Shown here: positions 9,061-18,532 of the stretch, piece after piece
How positions within the stretch are numbered: position 1 is the stretch's first letter
Layout: every line of letters begins with the position of its first letter
NCBI GenBank assembly: GCA_017656425.1
Contig: JACDNV010000007.1
Span: 67,821-131,820 of the forward strand
Source of the DNA: Fidelibacterota bacterium
Lineage (GTDB): Bacteria; Fidelibacterota; UBA2242; B5-G15
Reading direction: 5' to 3'
DNA length: 64,000 nucleotides
Program-made: the position numbers and the translations under genes
The notes under the pieces: model-generated
The model's database searches: none
Seen by the model: the letters and a program-made list of their open reading frames with translations, nothing else
Told to the model about the DNA's origin: nothing

Positions 9061-9621
9061 GTGAAAGAGAAGGCAGTTTTCCTTGATCGGGATGGTACTT
9101 TAAATAGGGACAGTTTAGATTATATTAAAAATTTAGCTGAGTTCGAACTCTTTGACTATACACCGGAAGCTTTGAAAATTTTAAAGGAACTCGGATTTAA
9201 ACTTATTATAATAACGAATCAATCTGTTATTGCAAGGGGGATGGCATCTACCGAAGAAGTAGAAGAGATTCATGATTATCTTAAAAAATATTTGTATAAA
9301 GAAGGAATAAAGATAGATGGGATATATTACTGTCCTCATCACCCTGAAGAAAATTGCGATTGTAGGAAACCAAATATAGGAAATATAGACAGAGCGATAA
9401 AAGATTTTAATATTGATCCCTTAAAATCGTATTTTGTTGGGGATTCAAAAAGGGATATCGAAGCAGGTAAGAGAGCGGGATGCAAGACTATAATGCTTTT
9501 AAGCGGAGAGAGGATTAAAGAGCCTGAAGAAATAAAGAGTTGGAACATAAAGCCAGATTATATTGAAGAAAATCTATTAACTGCAGCCATGCTTATAAGA
9601 AGATTGGAGAGCTCAGGATGA
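9061..9621 (+). CDS. gmhB: D-glycero-beta-D-manno-heptose-1,7-bisphosphate 7-phosphatase (HAD-IIIA)
   Basis: GTG start preceded by GAGGAG. Motifs are FLDRDGTLN (DxDGT), ITNQS, the Zn-binding YCPHHPE..CDCRKP, and GDS.RD. Confidence 0.85.
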   Translation: MKEKAVFLDRDGTLNRDSLDYIKNLAEFELFDYTPEALKILKELGFKLIIITNQSVIARGMASTEEVEEIHDYLKKYLYKEGIKIDGIYYCPHHPEENCDCRKPNIGNIDRAIKDFNIDPLKSYFVGDSKRDIEAGKRAGCKTIMLLSGERIKEPEEIKSWNIKPDYIEENLLTAAMLIRRLESSG

Positions 9622-10601
9622 AGATTGTTGTTCTGATGGGAGGGTCATCCCCGGAAAGAGACGTATCAATTGAGTCAGGGAGAAATGTTGCTGAGAGTTT
9701 AAAGAGTGCTGGGCATGAGGTACTAACTCTTGATACGGTATTACCGATAGAACAAATATATAAAAAAATTGAAATCGATTGTGATATAACTGGTAAGGAT
9801 GAAGAAAATTTAATTAAGTTATTGATAACAGATGAAGTGAAAAGTGCTGATTTCATATTTAACGCTTTACATGGTGGATCAGGAGAGAATGGTGTTGTGC
9901 AGGCTATATTGGATGCGTTAGGATATAAATATAATGGTTCAGGAGTAGAGGGTTGTGCTATAACAATGGATAAGATTGCTACTAAGCACATATTGAATAA
10001 TCTTGGTATACCAACTCCACGTAGCTTTTATTATAACTATAAAGAATACAAAAATATACCTATTGATAAAATTATTAATGGATTTTCCTTACCTCTAGTA
10101 ATTAAACCGGCAAATCAGGGTTCTACTGTTGGAGTATCTGTTGTTTATAATAAGGAAGAATTTAATAGAGGAATTGAGAAGGCATTCAGGTATGATACTG
10201 ACATTATAATTGAAGAGTTTATTGAAGGAAGAGAGATGACTGTAGGGATAATAGGTGATAGAGCAATGCCGGTATTGGAGATTATTCCCAAGCATGGTAT
10301 TTATGATTATGAATGTAAATATACCGATGGTATGAGCGAGTATATTGTACCGGCTAAAGTTCGTGAAAATGTAGCTAGACAGATGCAAGAGATGTCACTT
10401 ATGGCCTTTAAGGCTTTGAGATGTTATGGCTATGGTAGATTTGATATTCGACTTTCGAAAGATAATATACCATATTTTCTTGAATTTAATGCTCTTCCAG
10501 GAATGACAAGCCATAGCCTCGTACCAAAGGCAGCTGAAGCTATGGGAATGAGCTTCATTGAGTTGTTGGAAGAAATAATTAGATTAGGACTGGAAAGATA
10601 A
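9618..10601 (+). CDS. ddl: D-alanine--D-alanine ligase
   Basis: MKIVVLMGGSSPERDVSIESG at the N-terminus, FNALHGGSGENG, an ATP-grasp core, and EFNALPGMTSHSLVPKAA at the C-terminus. Confidence 0.92.
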   Translation: MKIVVLMGGSSPERDVSIESGRNVAESLKSAGHEVLTLDTVLPIEQIYKKIEIDCDITGKDEENLIKLLITDEVKSADFIFNALHGGSGENGVVQAILDALGYKYNGSGVEGCAITMDKIATKHILNNLGIPTPRSFYYNYKEYKNIPIDKIINGFSLPLVIKPANQGSTVGVSVVYNKEEFNRGIEKAFRYDTDIIIEEFIEGREMTVGIIGDRAMPVLEIIPKHGIYDYECKYTDGMSEYIVPAKVRENVARQMQEMSLMAFKALRCYGYGRFDIRLSKDNIPYFLEFNALPGMTSHSLVPKAAEAMGMSFIELLEEIIRLGLER

Positions 10602-10619
10602 AAGAGGGGCGAAGAACAG

Positions 10620-11198
10620 ATGAAAGAGAGAAATAATGCTGCTGAGGTACGATGGTATGCCGTTTACACAAAATCAAGGCATGAGAAAAAAGTTTATGAA
10701 ATGCTTGTTAAGAAAAATATTGAAGCATTTCTTCCGTTAAAAAGAGAGTATCATCAATGGTCTGATAGAAAAAAGATGGTTGAAGAGCCTTTAATTAGAA
10801 GCTATGTTTTTGTTCATATACCACTTCAGAGATCTCTTGATGTTTTGGAAACTCAGGGGGCTGTAAAGTTTGTCATGTTCAAAGGCAATTACGCTCCAAT
10901 ACCAGATTTCCAAATAGAAGCTCTAAAAAGAACTCTTCAGAATGGGGTTGTTCTTGAACCAGTATGTTACTTGAAAATTGGTCAGCTTGTGGAAGTTATA
11001 GACGGTCCATTAAAAGGTATAATTGGTCGAATACAGAGAATAAAAAGTCAGGATAGATTCGTAATTTCCCTTGATGCAATTCAGTACTCATTTCTTGTAG
11101 ATATAAATCCCATATTGTTAAAGCCTATTAGCGAGGAAAGGAAGGAGAAAATCTTTACATTGCCATTGGGGATTGGAGATGCCGACAATATTTTATAA
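10620..11198 (+). CDS. NusG-paralog transcription antiterminator (UpxY-like)
   Basis: It has an NGN-type N-terminus (WYAVYTKSRHEKKV...IEAFLP) and a KOW-like segment (GQLVEVIDGPLKGIIGRIQ). Confidence 0.75.
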   Translation: MKERNNAAEVRWYAVYTKSRHEKKVYEMLVKKNIEAFLPLKREYHQWSDRKKMVEEPLIRSYVFVHIPLQRSLDVLETQGAVKFVMFKGNYAPIPDFQIEALKRTLQNGVVLEPVCYLKIGQLVEVIDGPLKGIIGRIQRIKSQDRFVISLDAIQYSFLVDINPILLKPISEERKEKIFTLPLGIGDADNIL

Positions 11199-12600
11199 TA
11201 CACTAACTAGAAAGAAAGAGATATTTAAACCAATAACCCCTGGTATTGTAAAAATGTATACCTGTGGTCCCACTGTCTATAATTATGCTCATATTGGAAA
11301 TTTCAGAGCATATATTTTTGAGGACCTATTACGTCGATATCTAAAGTTCAAAGGCTATAAGGTTGTTCAAGTGATGAATATTACTGATGTTGACGATAAG
11401 ATAATCCGTAATGCAAGTCAGAAGGGGCTTTCCATTGAAGAATTCACAGAGCCGTATAAAAAAGCATTTTTTGAGGACCTCGATATCCTCGGTATTGAAC
11501 GAGCAGAATATTATCCTGAAGCAACAAAGCATATAGATGATATGGTTGGATTGATAAAAAAATTGATTGAGAATGGCTATGCCTATCAAGCTCCTGATGG
11601 CTCGTATTATTTCAAGGTCTCGAAGTTTGAAAAATATGGTATGCTTGCTAATTTAAATGTAAAAGAGATGAGAGTAGGGGAGAGGGTTATAAGTGATGAA
11701 TATGAAAAGGAGGAAATAAGGGATTTTGCTTTATGGAAGGCATGGAAAATGGAAGATGGAGATGTATACTGGGAAACAGAGATTGGGAAAGGAAGACCTG
11801 GTTGGCATATTGAATGTTCTGCAATGAGTATGAAATATCTTGGCAATCATTTTGATATACACACTGGTGGCGTTGATAATATATTCCCACATCATGAGAA
11901 TGAAATAGCTCAGAGTGAATGTGCAACAGGAGAAAAATTTGTAAACTACTGGTTGCACTGTGAGCATCTATTGATAAATGACGAAAAAATGAGCAAATCT
12001 CTTGGGAATGTCATTTTTCCGAGGGATTTAATAAAAAAAGGTGTTGACCCAGTCGTCATTAGATATGCTCTGATATCGACTCACTATAGGCAAAAGTTAA
12101 ATTTTAATGTGGAAAAGATTTATTCGTCCGCTTCAGCAGTTGATAGATTACTCGATTTTTATAATTCATTATCGGAATTTTCTGATTCTCAAATCAGTAA
12201 TCTTGATAGTCTGGTCAGAGACACAGATAAATCTTTTGAAGAAGCTTTTGATGATGATTTGAATATATCTGAAGCTCTTGCTAGTGTATTTGAATTAATA
12301 AAGGAGGTCAATAAATTCAGAATGAGGAATTTATTAACCAGAAAAGATGCTGAAAATATAAGAAATTTGCTGGATAGATTTGACAATATATTAAATATAT
12401 TTAGTCTGGGTAGTGTTAATGTAACTGATGAGATTAAAAATTTAGTGGAAAAAAGGTCACTGGCGAGATCAAAGAAAAACTGGCAGGAAGCGGATAGAAT
12501 AAGAGATTTTTTAATGGAAAATGGTATAATTCTTGAGGATACCCCATCAGGTACGCGAGTAAAGAAACTTCTAATAAGTGATAGCTTTAGATTACTATAA
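11179..12600 (+). CDS. cysS: cysteine--tRNA ligase
   Basis: YNTLTRKKE.F N-terminus, HIGN (HIGH motif), WHIECS, KMSKS. I chose the start at the second Met (11179), which follows GGAG. Confidence 0.95.
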   Translation: MPTIFYNTLTRKKEIFKPITPGIVKMYTCGPTVYNYAHIGNFRAYIFEDLLRRYLKFKGYKVVQVMNITDVDDKIIRNASQKGLSIEEFTEPYKKAFFEDLDILGIERAEYYPEATKHIDDMVGLIKKLIENGYAYQAPDGSYYFKVSKFEKYGMLANLNVKEMRVGERVISDEYEKEEIRDFALWKAWKMEDGDVYWETEIGKGRPGWHIECSAMSMKYLGNHFDIHTGGVDNIFPHHENEIAQSECATGEKFVNYWLHCEHLLINDEKMSKSLGNVIFPRDLIKKGVDPVVIRYALISTHYRQKLNFNVEKIYSSASAVDRLLDFYNSLSEFSDSQISNLDSLVRDTDKSFEEAFDDDLNISEALASVFELIKEVNKFRMRNLLTRKDAENIRNLLDRFDNILNIFSLGSVNVTDEIKNLVEKRSLARSKKNWQEADRIRDFLMENGIILEDTPSGTRVKKLLISDSFRLL

Positions 12601-13554
12601 ATTTATTTTATAATAATCTATATACCAATCAATGAATTTTTTAACACCTATGGCTATATCCACTTCTGGTTCGTATCCGAGAAGATCTCTGGCATGCTGA
12701 ATATCTGCATAGGTCTCTGGAACATCGCCCGGCTGGATTGGTAAGAAGTTAATTTCTGCCTTCTTGCCGAGATATTTCTCTATGAAATATATAAAGTCCA
12801 TTAGTTTTTCACTTTTACTCCTACCGAGATTAAAAATTTCATATTTAAATGGTTTGAATAAACATGAAATTACCCCTGAAACTATGTCATCAATGTATGT
12901 GAAATCCCTTTTCATCTTACCGAAATTGTATACGTCTATTGGTTTATCTTCAATAATGTTCTTTGTGAATTTAAATAATGCCATATCGGGTCTTCCATAA
13001 GGACCGTATACTGTGAAGAATCTTATTCCTGTACATGGTAAATTAAATAGATGTGAATATGTGTAGGCAATGAGCTCATTTGATTTTTTCGTAGCAGCAT
13101 ACAGAGAGATGGGATTATCTACACGATCTTTTTCAGAAAAGGGTAATTTTTTATTGTTCCCATATACACTGGAACTTGAGGCATATACAAAATTTTTTAC
13201 CCTATTGTTTTTAGCCAGTTCGATGATGTTTAAAAAACCTTCCAAATTGGATTTCTGATAACTGAAGGGATTTGTAAGAGAATATCTTACACCTGCTTGA
13301 GCAGCCAAGTGGCATATGCACTCTATTTTGTGGTTTCGGAAAACTTTATCCATCTCTTCGTATTCACACAAATCAATTTTATAGAATGTATAATTATTGT
13401 GATTTTTTAATATATTATTTCTTGCTTCTTTAAGGGTCGGATCATAATAATTATTCAGGTTGTCAATGCCGATTACATTGTGTCCCCTTTCTAGGAGTGA
13501 TTTCGAAACATGAAAACCAATAAATCCTGCGGATCCAGTGACCAATATGTTCAT
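12595..13554 (-). CDS. NAD-dependent epimerase/dehydratase (UDP-glucuronate 4-epimerase-like)
   Basis: MNILVTGSAGFIGFH (GxxGxxG), a YAATK catalytic YxxxK motif, and CapI/WbnF-like sequence throughout. The ATG at 13554 is preceded by AGGAGG; the longer ORF to 13596 is unlikely. Confidence 0.88.
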   Translation of the reverse strand: MNILVTGSAGFIGFHVSKSLLERGHNVIGIDNLNNYYDPTLKEARNNILKNHNNYTFYKIDLCEYEEMDKVFRNHKIECICHLAAQAGVRYSLTNPFSYQKSNLEGFLNIIELAKNNRVKNFVYASSSSVYGNNKKLPFSEKDRVDNPISLYAATKKSNELIAYTYSHLFNLPCTGIRFFTVYGPYGRPDMALFKFTKNIIEDKPIDVYNFGKMKRDFTYIDDIVSGVISCLFKPFKYEIFNLGRSKSEKLMDFIYFIEKYLGKKAEINFLPIQPGDVPETYADIQHARDLLGYEPEVDIAIGVKKFIDWYIDYYKINL

Positions 13555-13684
13555 AGAAATATACCTCCTAATAAAAACTAATACTTCGTCATTCATAATT
13601 TACTATTAAGCATATTTTTTACCAATTTTTGCTATATTTAATTAATGGTTGTAATTGTTAATAATGAGTTACAGGAGAAAAATT

Positions 13685-14134
13685 ATGAAAGTTAAGGTTA
13701 GAACTTTAATATTATTATCAATCATTGCACTAATTGCATTTAGTTGTGTGGATAGGAAACAAGAAGTGCGGTGGTATTCAGACATTGACTCAGTAGTTGC
13801 AATTGCGAAAGCCACGGGCAAACCTATCCTTGTTGAATTTTATGCCACATGGTGTCCATATTGTAAGGCACTTGAGGATTCTACTTTTACTGATAATATG
13901 GTAAAGGAATATTTTAAAAAATTTGTAAACGTAAGAATTGATGTGGATAAGAAACCTGAAGTTGCAAATCAAATGAATGCTAATGCAAGAAAATACGGTG
14001 GTGTGGGAATCCCCAATATCTTATTTCTTGATCCGGATAAAAATAAAATAAGGCATATAATCGGATATTATCTTCCTGATAAACTATGTGCAGTTATGGA
14101 TACTGTTTTAATGGGTTTTTATAAAAATAGATAA
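13685..14134 (+). CDS. thioredoxin-fold lipoprotein
   Basis: Signal peptide with a lipobox-like LIAFSC, and a WCPYC active site in a thioredoxin-like context (ILVEFYATWCPYCKAL). The start at the MKVKV Met is inferred. Confidence 0.75.
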   Translation: MKVKVRTLILLSIIALIAFSCVDRKQEVRWYSDIDSVVAIAKATGKPILVEFYATWCPYCKALEDSTFTDNMVKEYFKKFVNVRIDVDKKPEVANQMNANARKYGGVGIPNILFLDPDKNKIRHIIGYYLPDKLCAVMDTVLMGFYKNR

Positions 14135-14338
14135 CTATATTCTACCTAACATAACAAGTTCTGCGAATTTTTCAAATGATCTATTATAGGTTTTTTCAAC
14201 ATCATCGGGAAAGCAACAAGCTGGTAGTTGTCTCATTTTCAAATGATATTGAAGACAATCACAACAGGTACCTTTTCTTGAACACGGTTCATAAGAACAA
14301 TTGCAGAAATTCATATTTCTGTTGACCTTACACTCCAT
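14135..14338 (-). CDS. small cysteine-rich protein (9 Cys in first 42 residues)
   Basis: [44 protein letters not shown]... GGAGG lies 5-10 nt upstream of the ATG at 14338. It resembles a small Cys-rich family seen in anaerobes; family identity was not verified. Confidence 0.6.
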   Translation of the reverse strand: MECKVNRNMNFCNCSYEPCSRKGTCCDCLQYHLKMRQLPACCFPDDVEKTYNRSFEKFAELVMLGRI

Positions 14339-14392
14339 ATCAACCTCCCTCAATTTTTAGTCGTGAAATTTAATAAATCGCAATATAAAATG

Positions 14393-14420
14393 AAAAGCCC
14401 CACCGTTAGGTGGAGCTTTT
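14393..14420 (-). terminator. Rho-independent terminator after the T9SS cargo gene
   Basis: aaaagccccacc-gtta-ggtggagctttt forms a 12-bp stem with one mismatch and a 4-nt loop. On the minus-strand RNA a U-rich tract follows. It lies 27 nt downstream of the stop at 14447. Confidence 0.75.
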
Positions 14421-14446
14421 CATGGAAATTTCGCAGGATAGTAATA

Positions 14447-17400
14447 TTATTTCATCAACAGCATTTTTCCGCTGCTGGTAAACTTACCGCGTACATTTGT
14501 TCTGTAAATATAAATACCAGATGGTACTTTTAGTCCATTCGAATCGGTAGCATCCCAGATAACTTTATAGGTTCCTGGATTATAATTGGATGATGCGATA
14601 TTCTTGATTAGTCTACCGTTGATATCGTATATGGACAGTTGTACAAATCCTGCCTCAGGAAGGTCAAATTTAATATTAGTCGTTGGGTTGAATGGATTCG
14701 GAAAGTTCTGATAGAGTGCGAATTTCTCTGGTATTTTCCCTTCTTCAGCAATTGCTGTGTATGTTAGGCTTACTTCGGCGCTTGGAGCACTCTTATTACC
14801 ATTGGCGTCTACGGCAACTACAGTATAATAATAGGTATTTCCAACCTCAATGTCACTATCAATCACATTCGTCTCAATAGTTTTAAAAGCCGGTTCTGAT
14901 GTATAGCTACCCTGGGTTGTACTCTTATAAACTTCATAATATCCAAAATCTTCATCTGGAATAGCTTCCCAGCTTACTGAAATACCTTCAACGGAAGTTG
15001 AAGCAGTAACATTCCCAGGAACAGAAGGAACAATATTATCAACAGAATAACCAGCTTCCGGTCGTGAATCATAGAAATCCCACATTCCATATTGTGTATG
15101 ACCTGATACAACAAAAGTTGACCAGTATTCGCCAGTGTCATCGGTGTAAGCATTTGAATCTATTAATGTATGTGCATCAAGACGATATACAGTATCACCA
15201 TGGAATGGTATATAGGTAACAAAATCCCATTTATAGGCATATGGATCACCAAGTTGATCAATGGGTTTAAAGGTTTGAATTCTCCATACGCTCCATCCTT
15301 CAAATGGCATTTCATCCCAATCCAAACCACCCCAAAATACTATTCTTACCCATCTGCCCTGATCGTGTGGTATGTCACGAACGGCTAAAATTTTAGGTAG
15401 TCTTAACGCTGCTTCCAATCCGATATTAATTTCTACAGTGTTATCCGATATTGTAAAATCGATAGGCTCACTTGGTATAAATCCATAAGCACCAGCTGTG
15501 ATTTCAAAGTTACCATTCGGTAAGGGTATATAGTATCTACCTGAGTCATCGGTTCCTCCATAAAACCATTCATCAGTATCTACATTATAGACATCAACCC
15601 ATGCCCATTTTATAGGTCTGTTTGTGTAGCTGTCAAAAACTATTCCCTGCACAGCTCCGGCGGGTTCTCTTAATAATATATCAAGCCAGATTGAATCACC
15701 TTGAACATCGATCGTATCTATATGTACTGGTAGATATTGAAAGTCAGACCATATATCTAAAACATATGTGCCGTTTGGTACATGAAAGTTAAATTCTCCA
15801 TTATCATCTGTTTCCTTATGGTAATAGAATTCAGCAGGAGATGTTCTAAATATATTAACCATAATACTGGATACTGGATTATCTGATTCATCTTTTACCT
15901 GTCCCGCTATAATACTGAATTGTGTTAAAGGTGTTAGAGAAGCATCTTTTATGAGACCCATTTCAGGAACCCAGACGTCATATTCAATATATGGATAGTG
16001 TTTTTCGGCAAAAACTTTGAAAACGTAACTGCCAGGTTCAGTCCACAGGTTATATTCACCATTTTCATCTGTCATTGTTTCTTGATGCCATGGACCGTCG
16101 AAAACTACCAGTGCATCTGGTATGGGATTACCTGCTGTATCGGTAATTACGCCCTGGACTAATGGCAGTGTTTTTGGCTCGAGAAAAATGTCGTGTTGTA
16201 TCATTTCCCCTGATATCGTAATCGATGAATCTGTATAATCATCATAGCCGGGAGCTCCAGCATGGAGGATATAGTTACCATCAGGTAAATACATCATATA
16301 TTGTCTTGTTTCCCAATCTATACCTGAATAAAACCATTTTCCATCATCCATTCTCTCAGCTGATATCCATACATCCATTAGTGTATCAGAGGTTTCAGAG
16401 TCAATTACATATCCAAATAATCCTCCATTTACAGTGTAGGCATGGAAATCAATACCTTCAGAACCAGCTGGAATATTATCATATTGTTCTTCTACATAGA
16501 AGTTTTCAAAATCAAGTTCAAGATGTAAATGATATCCTTCAGGTCCTGATTTAACATTTAAGGTATAATTTCCGTTTTCATCTGTTTCATCTGCAGTTAT
16601 TCCATAGGTATCATGCCAGCAGAAGACTCTCGCACCCTCTATAGGATTATCATCTAAATATACTGTTCCAGAAATTGTTTCATCCGTCGGATATAAAATT
16701 AATTCTAAGTCTACAGTTTCACCTTCACTAATGTAGATCTCTTGACCCGGTGGGACTAGATACCCTTCAAGTGATAATGGATCAACTCCTATCCAGTATG
16801 CACCTTCCATAAGATTTATTGAAAAGTTACCCTGATCATCGGTAATTAGGTCGATGTGTATTGGTCCGTCTTTGCTGGATACATATATTTCCGCACCTGG
16901 TATTGGATTCCCATTGTCATCTTGTACTACTCCGGAGAGAGTACAATTTCCTTGGACCATTGTGAAGTCAAAACCTACCTCGTCCCCCATGACTGACTGA
17001 TTTTCATATAGAAACGGATCGGGATATAACCCTGGATATATCCCGAGATGATCAAAAGCCATTATATTGTAATACCCTTCATCTGGAACGTTTACACGAT
17101 ATGTTCCATCACTTTCTGTTAAAGTAATCCAAGAGACACCAGGGGCTGGAGGACCTTCAGTTCCACCAGTTGCTTCCGCATCTTCTACTATTATGACGAT
17201 ATAGGGTAAGGGATTACTGGACTCATCGGTGACTGTGCCCGAAACTGAGTAGATTGTTGAAAGATTCTGGAATGAGATGGATACCATTTCTTCCTCAGTA
17301 CCTGATGAAACGGCTACAATGAAATCCCATATAATATTAATAAATGATGCATCTTTCTCACCAATAGCACTCATATCCAGTTGATAGAAACCAGCAGTTG

Positions 17401-17971
17401 GATCGGAGTCATAAATATCGTTATCTTCTAGGTCCACAGAAAAAATAGTAGTATCAATACCACTATCGAAAATTCCATTTTTGTTAAAATCAACTATTAC
17501 TTCCAAAGTTGCCTGTGTCTCTCCTGTGGGGAATGTCCATGTTAAAATTGGCGCGGCTCCTACCTCAACAGTATCTGCAGTCACTCCATCAGCAAGTAAA
17601 TTTAGTGTCTCTTGTGTGACTTTAAATAACGGGGAGAGTTTAGATCTTTCCCTTCTGGATTTCTGGACATTCATGAAGTGTCCTTCTTCTGAGATACTTT
17701 GAATAGCGGAATTCATTTTAACATGAAATTGTGATTGATGTTTTAACTGGCTGAGATTCTGCTGAGATTTTTCCTTTAACTGAAACTGATTTACTTTCAA
17801 CATTTGATTTCTTACCTGTAGCTTCTGTCTGGCAGCCTTTAATTGATTGATTAGTTCCTGATTGTCAGTATCTTTTGCAAAAACATCTGGCAAGGAGAAC
17901 AGTAAGGCTACAAGAAGAAATGCTACAGAAAGCATTTTGAACGTTTTTGAGAATGCTTCTTTTCCTTCCAT
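14447..17971 (-). CDS. large secreted protein with carboxypeptidase-regulatory-like repeats, Fn3-like domain and T9SS C-terminal sorting domain
   Basis: Signal peptide KMLSVAFLLVALLFSLPDVFA. About 7 repeats of the G.V.D..GNPIP.A.V type (CarboxypepD_reg-like). The C-terminus FALYQNFPNPFNPTTNIKFDLPE...GIYIYR...KMLLMK is typical of T9SS type A sorting domains. The ORF extends to 18040; the ATG at 17971 follows GGAGGG. Confidence 0.8.
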   Translation of the reverse strand: MEGKEAFSKTFKMLSVAFLLVALLFSLPDVFAKDTDNQELINQLKAARQKLQVRNQMLKVNQFQLKEKSQQNLSQLKHQSQFHVKMNSAIQSISEEGHFMNVQKSRRERSKLSPLFKVTQETLNLLADGVTADTVEVGAAPILTWTFPTGETQATLEVIVDFNKNGIFDSGIDTTIFSVDLEDNDIYDSDPTAGFYQLDMSAIGEKDASFINIIWDFIVAVSSGTEEEMVSISFQNLSTIYSVSGTVTDESSNPLPYIVIIVEDAEATGGTEGPPAPGVSWITLTESDGTYRVNVPDEGYYNIMAFDHLGIYPGLYPDPFLYENQSVMGDEVGFDFTMVQGNCTLSGVVQDDNGNPIPGAEIYVSSKDGPIHIDLITDDQGNFSINLMEGAYWIGVDPLSLEGYLVPPGQEIYISEGETVDLELILYPTDETISGTVYLDDNPIEGARVFCWHDTYGITADETDENGNYTLNVKSGPEGYHLHLELDFENFYVEEQYDNIPAGSEGIDFHAYTVNGGLFGYVIDSETSDTLMDVWISAERMDDGKWFYSGIDWETRQYMMYLPDGNYILHAGAPGYDDYTDSSITISGEMIQHDIFLEPKTLPLVQGVITDTAGNPIPDALVVFDGPWHQETMTDENGEYNLWTEPGSYVFKVFAEKHYPYIEYDVWVPEMGLIKDASLTPLTQFSIIAGQVKDESDNPVSSIMVNIFRTSPAEFYYHKETDDNGEFNFHVPNGTYVLDIWSDFQYLPVHIDTIDVQGDSIWLDILLREPAGAVQGIVFDSYTNRPIKWAWVDVYNVDTDEWFYGGTDDSGRYYIPLPNGNFEITAGAYGFIPSEPIDFTISDNTVEINIGLEAALRLPKILAVRDIPHDQGRWVRIVFWGGLDWDEMPFEGWSVWRIQTFKPIDQLGDPYAYKWDFVTYIPFHGDTVYRLDAHTLIDSNAYTDDTGEYWSTFVVSGHTQYGMWDFYDSRPEAGYSVDNIVPSVPGNVTASTSVEGISVSWEAIPDEDFGYYEVYKSTTQGSYTSEPAFKTIETNVIDSDIEVGNTYYYTVVAVDANGNKSAPSAEVSLTYTAIAEEGKIPEKFALYQNFPNPFNPTTNIKFDLPEAGFVQLSIYDINGRLIKNIASSNYNPGTYKVIWDATDSNGLKVPSGIYIYRTNVRGKFTSSGKMLLMK

Positions 17972-18089
17972 TTTTCCCTCCATATAAAACTCATTTATAT
18001 TATAAGTTAATATATTTAAATAATTTGTGATTTCAAACACAATTTGATGTATTTTTATAAGTTTTTAAATGTAACTATATCATTATTTT

Positions 18090-18118
18090 TTAATCAAAGT
18101 GAATGATATTTTGATTAA
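18090..18118. promoter_or_regulatory. perfect 9-bp inverted repeat (TTAATCAAA-N11-TTTGATTAA) upstream of ferritin
   Basis: Read directly from the sequence. It sits about 35 nt upstream of the ferritin ORF, in the divergent intergenic region. It is a candidate operator for a dimeric regulator of the Fur/PerR class; that assignment is a guess. Confidence 0.35.
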
Positions 18119-18497
18119 AAAAATTCCTTTATATTTTTAAATTAATTATAGTTTGAATTTGGATCAAAATCTTAAAAGAAAGAGAGAAAAAGCCATTGAT
18201 CAAAATTTAAAGAAAGTATTTAATGAGCAGATAAAGCTTGAATTTGAATCTGCGTATATTTATTTGTCGATGGCGACATATTTCCATAATGTTGGATTGG
18301 ATGGTATGGCAAAATGGCTGCGTATGCAGGCTAAGGAAGAAGTAGAGCATGCCATGAAATTTTTTGATCATTTAATTGATAGGGATGAAAAAGTAGATTT
18401 AATGCGGGTAAATATCGAAAAAGTAAACTGGGCAAGCCCTCTTGAAGCATTTAAGGATGCCTATGAACATGAGAGGTTTGTTACAGGGAAGTTAATC

Positions 18498-18532
18498 GCA
18501 ATGTCCAAATGCAGAATGCAGAATGCAAATTG
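18498..18532 (+). repeat. left inverted-repeat arm, built from AATGCAG/AATGCAG/AATGCAA heptamers
   Basis: By hand alignment it pairs with 18903-18937 at about 28 Watson-Crick pairs plus 1 G-U out of 35 positions. It contains the ATG (18523-18525) of the enclosed ORF. Confidence 0.7.

Noticed and set aside
11341-11967. Stack of antisense ORFs within cysS, and similar ones in ddl (9593-9991, 10095-10388), infB, pnp and the tricorn gene
   Set aside because: They overlap strongly supported housekeeping CDS, are short, lack motifs and have biased composition.
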